Of a stretch of 64,000 nucleotides of DNA, positions 62,059 through 64,000 are shown piece by piece. Position numbers and translations under genes: made by a program. The stretch comes from Selaginella moellendorffii (Eukaryota; Plantae; Lycopodiophyta): contig NW_003314369.1 of NCBI RefSeq assembly GCF_000143415.4, positions 372,001 through 436,000 of the forward strand, given 5' to 3'. Under the pieces are notes generated by a model. That model ran no database searches. It worked only from the letters and a program-made list of their open reading frames with translations, and had not been told where the DNA came from. Numbering within the stretch: the first letter of the stretch is position 1; each line of letters opens with the position of its first letter.

Positions 62059-64000
62059 ATAAAATAACTATTGATTGAGCAAGAATAGAACTATATTTTG
62101 CTAAATTTAGCTATGTTTTCTATTACTCAATCATGGCCAATTAAGAAGAACAAGACTTTATTTCCATAGAAGTGATAGAAAAAATGTTTCACTTTTTTTG
62201 GATGCCATGAGTTCTAATCCACAAACTTGGGCTCTCTCTACAATGATTCCCACTAAACTCTAGACCACTTATAAATGTCCTCAAGTGAATGATCTGGCTA
62301 TCAATGGCCTCCCATCTCCACCTAGACAGCTTTGTCAATCTCATTTAACGTTAAAAGCTTTCTAAAGAACTCATGTAACCAGATACCAGCAGCTACACAA
62401 CTCCATTCTTGGCTAGGATTAACTTGGCCAAAGATATGGGCATGATTGCCACCAGCACTATTATTTATATGATGACTGTGCCCATGGTCATGTGGTCACT
62501 TGTCTACTTGTTTGATTCCACCACATCTCCTTAATATACTACATTTGGCATTGCCTCCTTTTGAACATGAAGCTGATATGGCTTCTTGTTATGTTTCATA
62601 GGCAAGAGTTAAGGAAGTTGAAGATTTATAAAGCTGGAGAAGCTCTTTAGACATAATACAGTGTGACTGCATATGAGATGTAACATGGTATCAAAAGTTC
62701 ATTTTGCTTAGCATCATTTATTAGGATTATATTTTTTGGGTGGTGGAGCATTTCTTGGTATGTCAAGAAATGAATCAGATTATCTAGGATTGATGCTAGA
62801 GTAGTCTAGAATAGAAATGGGAAAAGAAGATTCATCTAGCACTAAGTTGCATGAGAATACTTTCCAATGGTTATTTGGAGTTGTCACAAGACAAGAACAC
62901 GCTCCAACTTGATGCCACTAGAGGATGTGGCAAGAATGGCACTGGTGTAGCAGCATACATAACAAAGGAGGCATGAGGAGAAGGACATCTATGCTAAAGC
63001 TATGCTAGAGTGTGTTACAAGGATGTTTTGAAGGTCAGGAATTCTCCCACTGCCTTCAAAGCATGCAAACAATCTGGGTAATGGAGATGAACAATAGGTA
63101 AATGGTGAATTGTCAAGAAAGAGCAAAAGAGAGAGCAGAACTTTGACATAGTTTGGACCAAATGAGCAAATATCCACCACTTGTCTTACCATATGTATTC
63201 CTTGTGTTCTGAAGATGTCATTCAAGCTTGCATCATCAACTTCCATTAGAACAGGACCATCACCTATAGGAAGTAGAGCTAAAAGACGTGCAATGAGAGG
63301 TGGAAGAGGCGACGCCTTTTCACATAAGCAACCAAGGACAATTGTTGAATGAAATTTGGTGGAACAAGCTCATACCAGATGCAACAAGTGCTGTGGTTTT
63401 GGCCACCTTATTGCAACTTTCCCAGCTCGAGAGGAAACAGAAATTGGAAGGGACAAATTGCAAATGCTATGACGATTGACAACAATGAATTAAATAGTAG
63501 CTTTTTACTATTGAACTCATCTTTGGTATTTGCATGCTGAGTCAGGAAAATTAAAATTTGAGCTAGCTTTTGGATAGTAGCACCACCCATCACATGATGT
63601 CAAATTGATCAGCTTTTCAGCAAATCAATTAGTGTTTCTGTAAGTACAACAAGTGGTGAGACATTAAGAATAATAGCTTTTTGAAAGATTTTTTTCCTGC
63701 TTTACATCAAGAGATCACTAAAGTTTTATTTATTCTGAAGCTTTCCAAAAATTTGTTATCCATTTCTTAACTATCCATTTCTAAGAATGGGATTTACACT
63801 TTCCATCACAGACTTCATCTTTGGACAGAAACACCTCTCACAAGCAATACCAAAGAATGGACTTTATTTTCTTTCTATGATCTCTATCATTGCTAATGTT
63901 ATCTCAGTCTTCAAAGATTTGAATTTACAGCTTTAGCATCAAAGATTGCTGCATGCAAGCTATTGACGGGTTAAGGATGTTACTCTAATTGCTCATACTC

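Noticed and set aside
63349-63540. NAMTIDN resembles the Helitron/Pif1 FAMTINKSQ motif
   Set aside because: The KSQG residues and the other helicase motifs are missing

Overview
Gene-dense plant nuclear DNA with very short GT-AG introns (about 45-120 nt). The PLS-PPR style and a ciliary CEP41 gene suggest a lycophyte such as Selaginella (inference, no search run). The first ~23 kb looks like a defence/conflict island. It holds an intronless Crinkler/RHS-like P-loop NTPase + PD-(D/E)xK nuclease gene with a decayed tandem copy. It also holds two intact 8-exon coiled-coil/NTPase/nuclease/NLS genes forming the ~4-kb arms of a ~10.7-kb palindrome around an O-fucosyltransferase gene. A cluster of three small secreted peptide genes built from a 14-aa C-x3-W-x-W-x4-C-x2 repeat ends the island. 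From 24 to 56 kb lie mostly recognisable genes: CEP41-like rhodanese, BAHD acyltransferase, a tandem-LysM protein with a transit-peptide-like N-terminus, NPF transporter, DBP5/LOS4 helicase, tRNA-Trp, a coiled-coil protein, two GT47 genes, a PLS-E PPR, a frameshifted G-type lectin receptor kinase and an LPR-like multicopper oxidase. Several have decayed local duplicates. A gag-only LTR retroelement remnant lies at 57-61 kb. Exon boundaries and repeat ends were read by eye and are approximate unless stated.
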